This document shows positions 21,612 through 31,618 of a DNA stretch of 60,016 nucleotides, piece by piece. The translations under genes and the position numbers were made by a program. This DNA is from an uncultured Prevotella sp. (GTDB lineage: Bacteria > Bacteroidota > Bacteroidia > Bacteroidales > Bacteroidaceae). Numbering within the stretch: the stretch's first letter is position 1; every line of letters starts with the position of its first letter. Location of the stretch: the NCBI GenBank assembly GCA_902477645.1, contig CABSIA010000001.1, positions 1 to 60,016 of the forward strand. Direction: 5' to 3'. Below the pieces are notes generated by a model that was given only the letters and a program-made list of their open reading frames with translations, did not search any database and was not told the origin of the DNA.

Positions 21612-22427
21612 TTACAGACCATACACCACATCCTGCACATATTGTGCCCATTGTGCGGGGGTCTTGGAATTGTCGAAAGTTTGCCATGGAATTGGCTTTC
21701 CGATGGCTACGCGGAACGACTTGTCGACATTTTTATACATTTCGTCAACAAGAAACAGCATTGCGACATTGAACTTCAGCCCCAGCCGCTTACAGATGTT
21801 GGCTATGCGGTAGAACTTGTCGGAGTTGCATCCGCCGAAATGTATCGGCACCACATCACGCTGATACTCAACGCTTTTAGTGATAAACGTTTTCTTCCAG
21901 GCCAAGTCCCGTATCACGCCGTTTGTCTTTCTGGAGCACAGTCCGGCTGGGAACATCAGCATGTGGTTGTCGCTGTTGAAGCCCGCCTCTACCATTCGCG
22001 GAAAATCACGGCCTTGCTTTCCAGTCTTGTTGATTGGGATGCAGACTGGGGCCAGGCCTGGCAGGTTCATCAGCAGGTCGTTGACCAAATAGCGGAACTT
22101 GCCGTCGTAATGCCTGCCTATAATAGCGCCCAAGGCCACGCCGTCTGCGCCTCCGAGCGGATGGTTTGAGACAAATGTATAGAGTTTGCCGTCGTTCTTA
22201 TCGGGCAGATTTTCTCCGCCCTCAATGGTCAGTCTCATGCGCAGATAGCGCACGCACTCCTCAAGCCACTCGGTGCCCGACTTGTCACGGCTCTCCCACA
22301 GATAGCGGTTCACCTCGTCCTCGTGCACTATTCCCTTGAGCCACGACACAAGCAGACGCGGCACAAAACGGGCCTTGTCTCCCATCTTGCCTTTCAGAAT
22401 TTTCTCAATGTCTATGGTCTTTTCCAT
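21612..22427 (-). CDS. PlsC-type acyltransferase (probable glycine-lipid O-acyltransferase)
   Basis: SNHPLGGAD (HxxxxD), FPAG, VVPIHF. Confidence 0.85.
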   Translation of the reverse strand: MEKTIDIEKILKGKMGDKARFVPRLLVSWLKGIVHEDEVNRYLWESRDKSGTEWLEECVRYLRMRLTIEGGENLPDKNDGKLYTFVSNHPLGGADGVALGAIIGRHYDGKFRYLVNDLLMNLPGLAPVCIPINKTGKQGRDFPRMVEAGFNSDNHMLMFPAGLCSRKTNGVIRDLAWKKTFITKSVEYQRDVVPIHFGGCNSDKFYRIANICKRLGLKFNVAMLFLVDEMYKNVDKSFRVAIGKPIPWQTFDNSKTPAQWAQYVQDVVYGL

Positions 22428-22641
22428 AATTGTTTCTAATCCGCATTTACATAATGCATCTGCAAAAATAACACAACTTTTTCTAAAACGGCCGCTTTTT
22501 TCAAAAAAATGTTATATCTGACATTATTTTTCCGTGTATTATGTCACTTATTGACAATCTCTGCCCCGCATCTTGAAAAAAGGCCACGAGATAAAACGCC
22601 ATTTAAAGACGGTTGGAAAACTGACTTTTGTCGAAAAATTC

Positions 22642-22716
22642 TATGGCTAAAGGTTATATTTATATGGCTAAAGGTTGTATTTATATGGCTAAAGGTTGTA
22701 TTTATATGGCTAAAGG
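22642..22716. repeat. 21-bp tandem repeat, ~3.6 copies
   Basis: TATGGCTAAAGGTT(A/G)TATTTA; core TATGGCTAAAGG starts at 22642, 22663, 22684, 22705. Confidence 0.95.
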
Positions 22717-22939
22717 CTTTAGCCGTAAAACAAAACTGGCCAAAATGAAGTTTCTGTCTAAATTGGCAGGATTTTACAACAAGAAACCTCTGAACACAAT
22801 GCCTGCCCGCATCCAAGCCGTCACGTCCGCTCCGCCGGCGACAACTTTCCCTACCGTGATGACAAAGCTAATTTTTTAGAACCCCATATTAAATCGAAAA
22901 CGGTAAAAATCAAGAAAAAAATCACCTTTTCAAAAAAAA

Positions 22940-22982
22940 GTGGGGAAAAGTGGTGCGGTGTGGGGAAAAATATGTATCTTTG
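22940..22982 (+). promoter_or_regulatory. MraZ-binding boxes and dcw promoter
   Basis: GTGG at 22940, 22950, 22960 (10-bp period); TATCTTTG -7 box at 22975-22982. Confidence 0.8.
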
Positions 22983-23011
22983 ACCCCAGAATTCAATATA
23001 TATAAGAACGC

Positions 23012-23412
23012 ATGCGATTTTTATGGAACATTGAGGCCAAGACAGACACAAGGCATCGGGCGAGGAGGCTTTAGTGCTCCGCAAAGATGTTTTTCAGACG
23101 TGCCTTGTACTTTATCCGCAAAGCGTCTGGGACCAGCAACTCGACGAGTTGAGGGCAAGGCTAAACAAATGGAATCCCGAGCACCAGCAGATACTGAGAC
23201 AATTTGTCTTCGATGCAGAGACAATCTCGCTCGACGGCAACGGCAGATTTCTCATACCGAAACGCTACATGGAGCTTGCAAACATCGCTTCCGATGTGAG
23301 GTTTATAGGCATGGACGACACTATCGAGATTTGGGGCAAAGACAACGCCATGCCTCTGCTCAGCGCACAGGATTTCGGAGAGCAGCTCTCAAAGGTAATG
23401 ACAAACGAATAA
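23012..23412 (+). pseudogene. mraZ: mraZ with an internal frameshifting deletion
   Basis: ATG 23012 gives MRFLWNIEAKTDT then runs to TAG at 23072-23074. The rest (ASGEEALVLRKDVF..LDGNGRFLIP..IEIW) is in another frame from 23053. The first KGR..P..FR segment is missing. Confidence 0.85.
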
Positions 23413-23427
23413 CTCACCGGTACTACA

Positions 23428-24351
23428 ATGGCTAACACTTCTGAGAATTACCACATACCCGTATTGCTCAACCAGAGCATTGACGGACTTAGCATCCACC
23501 CCGGAGGAATATACGTCGACGTAACCTTCGGAGGAGGAGGCCACAGCAGGGAGATACTGTCACGGATGGACTCTTCGTGCCACCTATACAGCTTTGACCA
23601 GGACGAGGATGCCGAAAACAACATAGGCGACGACATAAAAGGCGGCAAATTCACATTTGTGAGGTCAAACTTCAGATACCTTGCCAACTGGATGAGGTAT
23701 CATGGGGTGGAAAGCATTGACGGACTGCTTGCCGACCTCGGAGTGTCAAGCCACCACCTCGACGACGCCACAAGGGGGTTCTCGTTCAGGTTCGACTCCC
23801 CGCTCGATATGAGAATGAACAAACGGGCCGGACTAACGGCTGCCGACATTGTAAACAACTACGACGAGGAGCAGCTTGCCGATATTTTCTATCTGTACGG
23901 AGAGCTGAAGAGCTCACGGAAAATAGCCGCCGCCATTGCCAAGAGGCGCGGAACGAAAAAAATAGAGACCACCAATGATTTCATGGAGATAATCGGCCCG
24001 CTGTTCAACAAAGAGCGTGAGAAAAAAGAAATGGCCAAGCTGTTTCAGGCTCTCAGAATAGAGGTAAACCACGAAATGGACGCCTTGAGAGAAATGCTCA
24101 GCAGCGCAACACGTCTGCTGAGACCGGGCGGAAGACTTAGCGTCATAACATACCACTCGCTCGAGGACAGAATTGTGAAAAACGTAATGAAGACAGGCAA
24201 CCCGGAAGGAAAACTCGAACAGGATTTCTACGGAAGAATTAACAGCCCGTACAAACTGATAAACAACAAGGTTATCATACCCGACAACGACGAGATTGAG
24301 AAAAACCCGAGAAGCCGAAGCGCCAAACTGAGAATTGCAGAAAAGAAATAA
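23428..24351 (+). CDS. rsmH: 16S rRNA C1402 N4-methyltransferase
   Basis: HIPVLL, DVTFGGGGHS, DLGVSS, YHSLEDR, NPRSRSAKLR. Confidence 0.98.
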   Translation: MANTSENYHIPVLLNQSIDGLSIHPGGIYVDVTFGGGGHSREILSRMDSSCHLYSFDQDEDAENNIGDDIKGGKFTFVRSNFRYLANWMRYHGVESIDGLLADLGVSSHHLDDATRGFSFRFDSPLDMRMNKRAGLTAADIVNNYDEEQLADIFYLYGELKSSRKIAAAIAKRRGTKKIETTNDFMEIIGPLFNKEREKKEMAKLFQALRIEVNHEMDALREMLSSATRLLRPGGRLSVITYHSLEDRIVKNVMKTGNPEGKLEQDFYGRINSPYKLINNKVIIPDNDEIEKNPRSRSAKLRIAEKK

Positions 24352-24400
24352 AACGGCTCTGACCGGAAACGCAACATAAAAAGCAGAAGAGGACAAGACA

Positions 24401-24913
24401 ATGAATACCGAAAATACAGACAAAGACAACAAGGCAAACCAGAGCGGAGCCGACACCGCCAGTGATGACTGCAAAGTGGTTGAGGAACAGTATAAGGAGA
24501 AAAAAAGCGACGAGGCTGGAGACGAGATACAAAGCCTGAAGGATGTAATCATACAGAATGCCACGGAAGACGACGCTCCAATATCGAAAAACCTAACACT
24601 GAAAAAAATTCTTGGCGGCGACATACTTACCGCGCAAGTCGTAAGAAAGCAGATATGGGTGTTTTTGCTAATCGCCTTGTTCTCGCTGATTTATATTTCA
24701 AACAGATATAGCTGCCAACAAGACCTGATTGAGATAAACAAACTGCAGGAACAACTTCTGGACGCAAAATACAAGGCACTGTCAAGCTCAAGCCAGATGA
24801 CAGAAAAGAGTAGGGAAAGCAATGTGCTCGAAATGCTGAAAAACAACAAAGACAGTTTGCTAAAAGCTCCCAATCAGCCACCATACATAATAACCGTACC
24901 AGAGGAACAGTAA
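24401..24913 (+). CDS. ftsL: FtsL-like cell division protein
   Basis: Single TM plus coiled coil between rsmH and ftsI. Confidence 0.75.
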   Translation: MNTENTDKDNKANQSGADTASDDCKVVEEQYKEKKSDEAGDEIQSLKDVIIQNATEDDAPISKNLTLKKILGGDILTAQVVRKQIWVFLLIALFSLIYISNRYSCQQDLIEINKLQEQLLDAKYKALSSSSQMTEKSRESNVLEMLKNNKDSLLKAPNQPPYIITVPEEQ

Positions 24914-24942
24914 CCATAAGAACTATTGAAAGGAAGACAAAA

Positions 24943-27105
24943 GTGAGCAAGTTTGACTACAACAAAATAATGCCCCGATACAACGCATTCGCAATTATAT
25001 TAACAATTATTGCACTATGCGTAATTGGAAAAGCAATATATATAATGACTGCCAAAAAAGACTATTGGGTAAAGGTGGCAGACAGAGTGAAGAGAGACAG
25101 CGTGAGCGTGGCTCCCACACGTGGAAATATTCTGAGCTGCGACGGAGAACTTATGGCAAGCTCGCTGCCTGAGTTCAAAGTATATATGGACTTCCAGCAA
25201 CTTCACGACGCCAAAAACGACAGCCTGTGGCAGGCAAAACTCGATTCCATCTGCATGGGGCTGACCGACATTTTTCCCGAAAAACCGGCATCGGCTTTCA
25301 AGGAGCATCTTCAGGAAGGCTTCAACAAGAAAAGCCGTCACTGGCCTATATGGAGAAGAAGAGTGGACTACAACACTTTCACCGAAATTCAGATGCTGCC
25401 AGTGATAAAGCTTGGCAAATTCGCGTCGGGATTTCATAAAGAAGAATTCAACGCCCGACAGAGACCCTACGGCTCGCTGGCACGGCGTACGCTGGGCGAC
25501 ATGTTTGGCGCAAAAGACACCGCAAGATGCGGACTTGAGCTGACATACGACTCCATACTGAGAGGCACAAACGGAATTATACACCGCCGCAAGGTGCTTA
25601 ACAAATTCCTGAACATAACCGACACGCCGCCTATCGACGGTGCCGACATAGTGACAACAATAGATGTTGGCATGCAGGATTTGGCAGAGTGGTGCGTAAT
25701 CGACGAGCTGAAAGAGATAAACGGCAATGTGGGTGTGGCAATCGTAATGGAAGTCGCCACCGGCGACATAAAGGCCATCGTGAACATGGAGAAATGTATC
25801 GACGGCGAATACCGGGAGATAAAGAACCATGCTGTAAGCGATCTGCTCGAGCCTGGCTCTGTCTTCAAGACTGCCTCCATTCTCGTAGCACTGGACGACG
25901 GGGTGGTCGACACCACATACCGGGTGGAGACGGCTGGAGGCGTATGGCCCATGTACGGACGACAGATGAAAGACCACAACTGGCGGCGCGGAGGCTACGG
26001 CACAATATCTCTGCCAAGGTCGCTCGAGGTAAGCTCGAATATCGGCGTGAGCAGAATAATCGACGACCACTATCACAATTGTCCCGAGAAATTTGTTGAG
26101 GGCATATACCGCACAGGCCTCGCAAGCGACTTGCACATACCGCTTGTAGGATCGTCGCCGGCAAAGATAAGAATGCCGAAGAAAAACAACCGCGGACAGT
26201 GGCTTAACTGGAGCAAGACCGCACTGCCATGGATGAGTATAGGCTACGAGACACAGATACCGCCAATATCCACGCTGACCTTCTACAACGCCATAGCCAA
26301 CAACGGCAAGATGATGAGGCCACGCTTTGTGAAGCAGGTTGTCAAAGACGGCCAGGTGATAATGGAGTTTCCGCCAGAGGTGGTTAAAGGGCATGAGCAG
26401 ATAGCAAAGCCCCAGACCATAAAGACCATGCAGACCATTCTGGAGCATGTTGTCAGCCAGGGACTTGGCAAAAGGGCAGGCTCTACATCGTTCAAAGTAG
26501 CAGGAAAAACAGGTACGGCACAGATGTCGAAAGGTGCGGCCGGATACAAATCGGGCACAACGAGCTATCTTCTGTCGTTTGCCGGATATTTCCCTGCCGA
26601 CGCGCCAAGATACAGCTGCATAGTATGTCTGCAGAAATCTGGACTTCCCGCATCGGGCGGCACCATGAGCGGCGCTGTTTTCCACAATATTTCTGAGGGG
26701 ATTATGGCTCAGGACATTAAGCTCGACGTGCAGGACGCCAAAGACTCCACAAGCATTCTTATGCCCGATGTGAAAGACGGCGACATACTGGCTGCCGAAT
26801 TTGTGTTGTCTAAACTCGGCATAAAGACAAATGCCAACACCGATAAAAACAGCAGCGGCAACTTTGCAAAATGGGGCACGGCGGCGATTGTCTCTGGAGG
26901 CATAGAGCTGAACAAAACCAGGCAACTGGACAAGAGATACATTCCGAATGTCGTAGGCATGGGCGCGCGCGACGCCGTTTATCTCATAGAGAGCCGTGGC
27001 GTGAAATGCAGGTTACAGGGGCGTGGACGCATAGTAAAGCAAAGTCTTGAGCCAGGGCACTATATTAAAAAAGGTGACTGCTGTCTGCTCACGCTCGAAA
27101 ACTGA
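24943..27105 (+). CDS. ftsI: Class B PBP3 transpeptidase with PASTA domain
   Basis: RGNI, EPGSVFK (SxxK), SSN, KTGT, C-terminal PNVVGM. Confidence 0.95.
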   Translation: MSKFDYNKIMPRYNAFAIILTIIALCVIGKAIYIMTAKKDYWVKVADRVKRDSVSVAPTRGNILSCDGELMASSLPEFKVYMDFQQLHDAKNDSLWQAKLDSICMGLTDIFPEKPASAFKEHLQEGFNKKSRHWPIWRRRVDYNTFTEIQMLPVIKLGKFASGFHKEEFNARQRPYGSLARRTLGDMFGAKDTARCGLELTYDSILRGTNGIIHRRKVLNKFLNITDTPPIDGADIVTTIDVGMQDLAEWCVIDELKEINGNVGVAIVMEVATGDIKAIVNMEKCIDGEYREIKNHAVSDLLEPGSVFKTASILVALDDGVVDTTYRVETAGGVWPMYGRQMKDHNWRRGGYGTISLPRSLEVSSNIGVSRIIDDHYHNCPEKFVEGIYRTGLASDLHIPLVGSSPAKIRMPKKNNRGQWLNWSKTALPWMSIGYETQIPPISTLTFYNAIANNGKMMRPRFVKQVVKDGQVIMEFPPEVVKGHEQIAKPQTIKTMQTILEHVVSQGLGKRAGSTSFKVAGKTGTAQMSKGAAGYKSGTTSYLLSFAGYFPADAPRYSCIVCLQKSGLPASGGTMSGAVFHNISEGIMAQDIKLDVQDAKDSTSILMPDVKDGDILAAEFVLSKLGIKTNANTDKNSSGNFAKWGTAAIVSGGIELNKTRQLDKRYIPNVVGMGARDAVYLIESRGVKCRLQGRGRIVKQSLEPGHYIKKGDCCLLTLEN

Positions 27106-27157
27106 CAAGCCACCAGACGGCAGGCAATAAAAATATTGATTAAAACAACATAAGAAC

Positions 27158-28609
27158 ATGGAACTAAAGGAGCTAATCGTAAACATAAAGCCTCTCGAAA
27201 TCATCGGAGACGCAGAGGTTGACATCACTGGCGTGAACATTGACTCGCGCCGCATCGGAAACGGTCACCTCTTCATAGCAATGAAAGGCACCCAAGTAGA
27301 CGGTCACAAATTCATACCAAAGGCCATTGAGCTTGGCGCAAAGGCTGTGCTTTGTGAGGAGAGGCCAGAACTGCCTGCCGACGGCGTGACATACGTTGTT
27401 GTTGAGTCTACAGAAGACTGCGTGGGCAAAGTTGCTACAATGTTCTATGGAAATCCGTCAGGCAAACTTCGTCTCGTAGGAGTGACAGGAACAAACGGCA
27501 AAACCACAATCGCAACTTTGCTTTACAACATGTTCCGCAAAATGGGGCACAAATGCGGACTGCTCTCAACCGTCTGCAACTACATTGAGGGCGAGGCTAT
27601 TCCCGCCGACCACACTACCCCCGACCCCATTGAGCTGAACCGCCTGCTCGCCATGATGGTTGAGGCAGGATGCGAGTATGTGTTCATGGAGTGCTCAAGC
27701 CATGCAATTGCGCAGAAGAGAATTGGAGGCCTGAGATTTGCGGGAGGTATATTCACAAACCTCACACGCGACCACCTGGACTATCACAAGACTTTCGAGA
27801 ACTACAGGGATGCGAAAAAGGCATTCTTCGACATGCTCCCGAAAACAGCATTTGCCATAACCAACGCCGATGACAAAAACGGCATGGTAATGGTGCAGAA
27901 CACCAAGGCACTGGTAAAAACCTATTCCACAAGGCAGATGGCTGACTTTAAGGCCCGGATTTTGGAATGCCATTTCGAGGGCATGTATCTCGAAATAGAC
28001 GGCAACGAGGTTGGCGTGCAGTTCATCGGGAAATTCAATGTCAGCAACCTGCTTGCCGTTTACGGTGCGGCAAAAATGCTTGGCAAGAGCACACAAGACA
28101 TTCTGCTCGTGCTGAGCACTCTGAAGAGCGTGAGCGGCAGGTTGGAGCCTATACACTCGCCAGAGGGATATACCGCAATCGTAGACTATGCCCACACCCC
28201 CGACGCATTGGAGAATGTGCTGAGCGCCATACACGAGGTGCTTAACGGAAAAGGCTCTGTGATAACGGTTTGCGGAGCTGGTGGAAACCGTGACAAGGGC
28301 AAACGTCCGCTGATGGCTAAAGAGGCTGTCAAGAACAGCGACAAAGTCATAATAACAAGCGACAATCCACGTTTCGAGGAGCCACAAGACATCATCAACG
28401 ACATGCTCGCAGGACTGAATGCCACCCAGATGAGGAAAGTTATCTCCATAGCCGACAGAGCAGAGGCCATCAAAACGGCATGCATGCTGGCCCGAAAAGG
28501 CGACGTAATTCTCGTCGCTGGCAAGGGGCACGAGGACTATCAGGAAATTAAGGGCATAAAGCACCATTTTGACGACAGAGAGGTTCTGCGGTCAATATTC
28601 GGGAAATAA
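27158..28609 (+). CDS. murE: UDP-MurNAc-tripeptide synthetase (meso-DAP type)
   Basis: GTNGKTT, DYAHTPD, DNPR, GKGHE. Confidence 0.98.
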   Translation: MELKELIVNIKPLEIIGDAEVDITGVNIDSRRIGNGHLFIAMKGTQVDGHKFIPKAIELGAKAVLCEERPELPADGVTYVVVESTEDCVGKVATMFYGNPSGKLRLVGVTGTNGKTTIATLLYNMFRKMGHKCGLLSTVCNYIEGEAIPADHTTPDPIELNRLLAMMVEAGCEYVFMECSSHAIAQKRIGGLRFAGGIFTNLTRDHLDYHKTFENYRDAKKAFFDMLPKTAFAITNADDKNGMVMVQNTKALVKTYSTRQMADFKARILECHFEGMYLEIDGNEVGVQFIGKFNVSNLLAVYGAAKMLGKSTQDILLVLSTLKSVSGRLEPIHSPEGYTAIVDYAHTPDALENVLSAIHEVLNGKGSVITVCGAGGNRDKGKRPLMAKEAVKNSDKVIITSDNPRFEEPQDIINDMLAGLNATQMRKVISIADRAEAIKTACMLARKGDVILVAGKGHEDYQEIKGIKHHFDDREVLRSIFGK

Positions 28610-28647
28610 CAACCGATACCAATATCAAAACATAAAACGACAGTAAT

Positions 28648-29916
28648 ATGTTATACTATCTTTTCAGATTTCTTGAGGAATATGGCATCTCCGGCTCGCA
28701 CCTATGGGGTTACATCTCCTTCCGTGCCCTGCTGGCGCTTATCTTTTCGCTTGTAATCTCGGCGTGGTTTGGCGAGAAGTTCATAAAATTTTTAAAGAGC
28801 AAGCAGATAACGGAGACTCAGCGCGACGCGTCGATAGACCCGTTCGGAACAAAGAAAATCGGTGTCCCGTCTATGGGCGGCATCATAATCATAGTGTCTA
28901 TACTTATCCCCGTGCTGCTGCTCGGCAGACTGCGCAACATATATCTGATATTGATGATTATCACCACCGTATGGCTCGGCTTTCTCGGCGGCATGGACGA
29001 TTTCATAAAGATATTCAAGCGCAACAAAGAAGGGCTGAAAGGCAAGTACAAGATTATTGGGCAAGTAGGCATAGGCCTGATAGTTGGCTTGGTATTATGG
29101 TCATCGCCCGATGTGAAAATGAACGAGAACCTCGCCATCGACCGTCAGGGACAAGAGACTGTAGTCACTCACAGAGCTGTTGCCGAGAAATCGCTTAAGA
29201 CAACTATCCCGTTTGTCAAAAATCACAATCTCGACTATTCAAACATCATGTCGTTCTGCGGAAAATACAAAACTGCCGCAGGATGGATTTTGTTTGTCAT
29301 AATGACAATATTGGTAGTCACCGCGGTAAGCAACGGAGCCAACCTGAACGACGGCATGGACGGCATGTGCGCCGGAAACTCCGCAATAATAGGTGTGGCG
29401 CTTGGAATACTCGCCTACGTAAGCTCGCATATAGAATTTGCGCAATACCTCAACATAATGTACATTCCTGACAGTCAAGAGCTTGTAGTATTTATGTGCG
29501 CTTTCATCGGAGCACTGATAGGTTTCTTGTGGTATAATGCTTATCCCGCCCAGGTGTTCATGGGCGACACTGGCTCTCTGACCATCGGCGGCATCATTGC
29601 CGTAGGCGCGATCATCATTCACAAAGAGCTGCTGCTGCCGATACTGTGCGGCATATTCTTTGTTGAGAGCCTCAGCGTGATGATGCAGGTGTGGTACTAC
29701 AAACTTGGAAAGCGGAAAGGCAGAAAACAACGCATATTCAAGAGAACGCCTATTCACGACAACTTCAGAACTACAGACGAGCAGCTGGATCCGGAATGCA
29801 CATACGTGATAAAAAGCCCTCATTCGGCTAAGCACGAGTCTAAGATAACTATAAGATTTTGGATTATATCCATAATTCTTGCCGCCCTGACTATCATAAC
29901 GCTGAAGATAAGATAA
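28648..29916 (+). CDS. mraY: Phospho-MurNAc-pentapeptide transferase
   Basis: PSMGG, DDFIK, NLNDGMDG, FMGDTGS. Confidence 0.98.
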   Translation: MLYYLFRFLEEYGISGSHLWGYISFRALLALIFSLVISAWFGEKFIKFLKSKQITETQRDASIDPFGTKKIGVPSMGGIIIIVSILIPVLLLGRLRNIYLILMIITTVWLGFLGGMDDFIKIFKRNKEGLKGKYKIIGQVGIGLIVGLVLWSSPDVKMNENLAIDRQGQETVVTHRAVAEKSLKTTIPFVKNHNLDYSNIMSFCGKYKTAAGWILFVIMTILVVTAVSNGANLNDGMDGMCAGNSAIIGVALGILAYVSSHIEFAQYLNIMYIPDSQELVVFMCAFIGALIGFLWYNAYPAQVFMGDTGSLTIGGIIAVGAIIIHKELLLPILCGIFFVESLSVMMQVWYYKLGKRKGRKQRIFKRTPIHDNFRTTDEQLDPECTYVIKSPHSAKHESKITIRFWIISIILAALTIITLKIR

Positions 29917-29982
29917 GTTGACAACGCGCCCTGACTGCTTGCTGATGAGCTTGCGGATAAGGGGCTAATATGCAACAAAACT

Positions 29983-30190
29983 CGCCCTGAAAGGGCAGAA
30001 GGCGCATAGCCCAGGGCAACGCCCTGGGTTAGCATGACGTAACAAGTCTATGCGCCCTGAAAGGGCACAGACGTTAAAAAAAGGCGATTACGCCTATGCC
30101 CTTTCAGGGCGCATTCCTCTCGCATTCATTGCGACCCAGGGCGTCGCTACGCTTTGCCCTGGGCTAATCGGCAATTGGGCTTTCAGCCCG
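29983..30190. repeat. REP doublet / REPIN-like non-autonomous element between mraY and murD
   Basis: GCCCTGAAAGGGC at 29984 and 30054, its reverse complement at 30098, variant GGGCTTTCAGCCC at 30177, and two CCCAGGGC..GCCCTGGG hairpins. Confidence 0.8.
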
Positions 30191-30233
30191 CGCTGCTTAC
30201 AAATAAATGGAAAAGCATAAAACACAAAAAACA

Positions 30234-31565
30234 ATGAAAAGGATTGTAATTTTAGGAGCCGGCGAAAGCGGTGCAGGAGCTGCAATACTGGCAAAGAAGG
30301 AAGGATTCGACGTATTCGTATCTGACATGTCGGCTATAAGCCCAAAATATAAGAAAGTGCTTGACGACCATAGCATAGCATGGGAGGAAGGACACCACAC
30401 GGAAGAGAAAATTCTGAATGCTGACGAGATAATTAAGAGCCCGGGCATTCCGAAAGAGGCTCCTATGATTAAGAAAATCATAGAAAAAGGCATACACATA
30501 ATAAGCGAGATAGAATTTGCCGGACGGTATACAAACTCAAAGATGATCTGCATAACAGGCAGTAACGGCAAGACTACAACAACCTCGCTCATCTACCACA
30601 TTTTCAAAGAGGCAGGCTACGATGCAGGACTGGCTGGCAACATCGGAAAAAGTCTGGCTCAGCAGGTGGCTGAGGACCCGCACGAATACTACATCATAGA
30701 GCTAAGCTCTTTCCAATTGGACAACATGTACGACTTCCGTGCCGATATTGCCATATTGCTCAACATAACTCCCGACCATCTCGACCGATACGACTTCTGT
30801 ATGCAGAACTATGTAGACTCGAAGATGAGAATTATCCAGAACCAGACCGAGAAAGACAGCTTCATTTTTTGGAACGACGACCCGATAATCAAAAAGGAAC
30901 TTGAGAAATACGACATCAAGTCTGTTATCTGCCCGTTCTCGGAGATAAAGGAAAAAGGCTCAATTGGCTATATCGAGGAGGGAAAATACACCCTGGAGAA
31001 GCCGACACCCTTCAACATGGAGCAGGAGGAGCTTTCTTTGTCTGGCAAACACAACATATACAACTCTCTCGCAGCAGGCATTGCGACCGAGATTGCGGGA
31101 ATTAAAAAAGATGTTATCAGAAAAAGCCTCAGCGACTTCCCCGGTGTTGAGCACCGTCTAGAAAAAGTTGCCAAGGTGGGCGGAGTAGAATATATCAACG
31201 ACTCGAAAGCCACAAATGTCGACGCCTGCTGGTATGCGCTCGAAAGCATGAAGACTCCGACTATTCTCATCATCGGCGGAAAAGACAAGGGCAATGACTA
31301 CAACGCCATAAAGCCGCTTGTGAGGAAAAAGTGCGTCGGACTGGTATATCTCGGTGCCGACAACAAGAAACTCCATGACAACTTCGACGGCATGGGCATA
31401 CCTGTAAAAGACACCCATTCGATGAAAGAATGCGTAGAGGCGTGCTACAACATGGCAAAGCCTGGCGACACGGTTCTGCTGAGTCCATGCTGTGCAAGTT
31501 TCGATCTGTTCAAGAATATGGAAGACAGAGGTGAGCAATTCAAAACATTGGTAAGAAACCTGTAA
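30234..31565 (+). CDS. murD: UDP-MurNAc-L-Ala:D-Glu ligase (start taken at MKRIV)
   Basis: GAGESG, GSNGKTT, ELSSFQL, NDSKATN, SPCCASFD. Confidence 0.98.
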   Translation: MKRIVILGAGESGAGAAILAKKEGFDVFVSDMSAISPKYKKVLDDHSIAWEEGHHTEEKILNADEIIKSPGIPKEAPMIKKIIEKGIHIISEIEFAGRYTNSKMICITGSNGKTTTTSLIYHIFKEAGYDAGLAGNIGKSLAQQVAEDPHEYYIIELSSFQLDNMYDFRADIAILLNITPDHLDRYDFCMQNYVDSKMRIIQNQTEKDSFIFWNDDPIIKKELEKYDIKSVICPFSEIKEKGSIGYIEEGKYTLEKPTPFNMEQEELSLSGKHNIYNSLAAGIATEIAGIKKDVIRKSLSDFPGVEHRLEKVAKVGGVEYINDSKATNVDACWYALESMKTPTILIIGGKDKGNDYNAIKPLVRKKCVGLVYLGADNKKLHDNFDGMGIPVKDTHSMKECVEACYNMAKPGDTVLLSPCCASFDLFKNMEDRGEQFKTLVRNL

Positions 31566-31618
31566 GGATGAATACCGGAAAAGCGGCAAAACAAAAAAAG
31601 ATGTAAGCAAAACAAAAA

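Noticed and set aside
22642..22716. CRISPR array
   Set aside because: Units are head-to-tail with near-identical intervening bases and no unique spacers.
22509..22879. Short ORFs with repeated peptides (WLKVVFI, MAKGCIY, HINTTFS)
   Set aside because: By-products of the 21-bp tandem repeat being open in several frames.
25015..26925. 636-aa antisense ORF (also 37789-39198 and similar)
   Set aside because: Shadow frames opposite ftsI, ftsZ and other well-supported genes, with no protein-like motifs.
29943..29954. Self-target of the CRISPR spacer (TGATGAGCTTGC shared with 498-508 region)
   Set aside because: Only about 12 bp match, too short to distinguish from chance.
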